DNA from: Mobula hypostoma
Taxonomy: Eukaryota
Reading direction: 5' to 3'
DNA length: 64,000 bases
Assembly (NCBI RefSeq): GCF_963921235.1
Contig: NC_086109.1
Span: 14,324,001-14,388,000, forward strand
Shown here in pieces: positions 62,681 to 64,000 of the stretch (position 1 is its first letter; each line of letters opens with the position of its first letter). The notes beneath the pieces were generated by a model. It did not search any database and was not told where the DNA came from. It was given only the letters and a program-made list of their open reading frames with translations. The position numbers and the translations under genes are program-made.

Positions 62681-64000
62681 ATGCCTGTTCCCTTGGGGTG
62701 ATGAATCTGTGGAATTCAGTGCCATAGATGGCTATGGAGGCCATGTCATTGGGATATTAAATGCAGAGGTTGATAGGTTCTTGATTAGTAACATGGAGAT
62801 AAGGCAGGAGAATGGATTGAGAGGGATAATAAGTCAGCCATGATGGAATGGTGGAGCAGACTCAATGGGCCAAATGGTCACCGTTCACTGTACAAGTCTT
62901 CCTCCAAAGTACCCCCAATTCACCTACACACTGGGGGCAATACATGGACGGGGATTAAATCTCCAATCTGCATGTCTGAGGGACGAGGGAAGAAACCAGA
63001 GCACTGAAGGGAAACCCACACCATCACAGAGAGAACATGTGAACTTTACAGACAGAGCACCAGAGGTCAGGACTGAACCCGGACTGATGAAGCTGTGAGG
63101 ATGGGCTCCACTAGCTAGCCACTGTGAGACGGTATGGTACAGTATTGTAGAAATTAGTGCGATGCTGTTTCAGAACCAGCAACTGGGTTCAACTCTAGCG
63201 CTGTCTGTAAGAAGTTTGTATGTTCTCCTCATGACCGTGGGTGTTTTCCCCCACATTCCAAAAGATGTACGGGTTAGTCAGTTAATTGGTCACTTTGAGT
63301 GTGCGGGTTTGTTGGGCTAGAAGAACCTGTTACCGAGCTGTATCTCTATATAAAATAAAAATCCAACTTTGTTTATCAGTTGCACCCAGGGCATGTTCTC
63401 GTTCAGCTGCTGCCATTAGGAAGAAGGTACAGGAGCCTCGGTACTCATACCAGCAGGTTTAGAAAGAGTTATTACCCCTCAACCATCAGGCTCTTGAACC
63501 AAAGGGGATAACTTCACTCATCTTCACTTGCCCCATCACTGAGCAGTCCCACAACCATGGACTCCTTATCTCATGTTCTCAATATTTATTGCTTATTTAC
63601 TATTATTATTATTTCTTTCTCTTTGTTTTTACACAGTTTGATGTCTTCTGCACTCCAGTTGAATGCCCAAGATGGGCGGCCTTTCATTGATTCTGTTATG
63701 GTTATTATTCTTTTGATCTATTCGGTATGCCCACAAGAAAATGAATCTCATAGCTGTATATGGTGACAGATGTCTACTTTGATAATAAGTTTACTTTGAA
63801 CTTCTTTTGTTTCATTTATTCCCTCACACTGTCAACCTCTCCCTCTCAACTATCTCTGATCGCTTCTGAGGCCCTGTTCAAACCACCTCAGGCAAGTGGA
63901 AACAAACAGCAGCAGGAGCCCTTTGCCAATGGTAGAATGGTGAATGCAGCTTGAATCAAGAGTTCAACAGCGACACACAAGAGACTGCAGCTGCTGGAAT

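Noticed and set aside
57000..64000. golt1a exons expected from synteny
   Set aside because: No GOLT1-like translation found. The GC-richer 59860-61165 stretch is explained as a Tx1-like L1 relic.
1..64000. The many 60-170 aa ORFs in the track
   Set aside because: Nearly all are antisense or off-frame readings of TE fragments or low-complexity sequence.

Overview
This is eukaryotic, repeat-rich vertebrate DNA. The repeat families look like those of a cartilaginous fish, probably a ray; this is inferred from repeat content only. Two host genes are recognisable, both on the minus strand. One is exon 2 of renin (5825-5969); the later exons lie left of the window and exon 1 was not confidently found. 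The other is a complete two-coding-exon kiss1 (56943-56832 joined to 50725-50433), a 134-aa precursor ending [21 protein letters not shown]. Their order and orientation match the mammalian REN-KISS1 arrangement. The rest is mostly transposable elements: CR1 LINEs (one 3.7-kb copy with an esterase ORF1 and an APE/RT ORF2), Rex1/Babar, RTE and Tx1-L1 fragments, a near-intact Penelope-like element (RT plus GIY-YIG), a decayed Tc1, Tc1/mariner/hAT MITEs and two solo LTRs. The most notable non-genic signal is a set of minimal type-I hammerhead ribozyme motifs carried by Penelope termini. One intact copy lies in the sense orientation of a renin intron, and several termini form inverted insertions, including a 208-bp double-hammerhead hairpin in the kiss1 intron. 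I found no CRISPR, rRNA or tRNA genes. Repeat boundaries were read by eye and are approximate.
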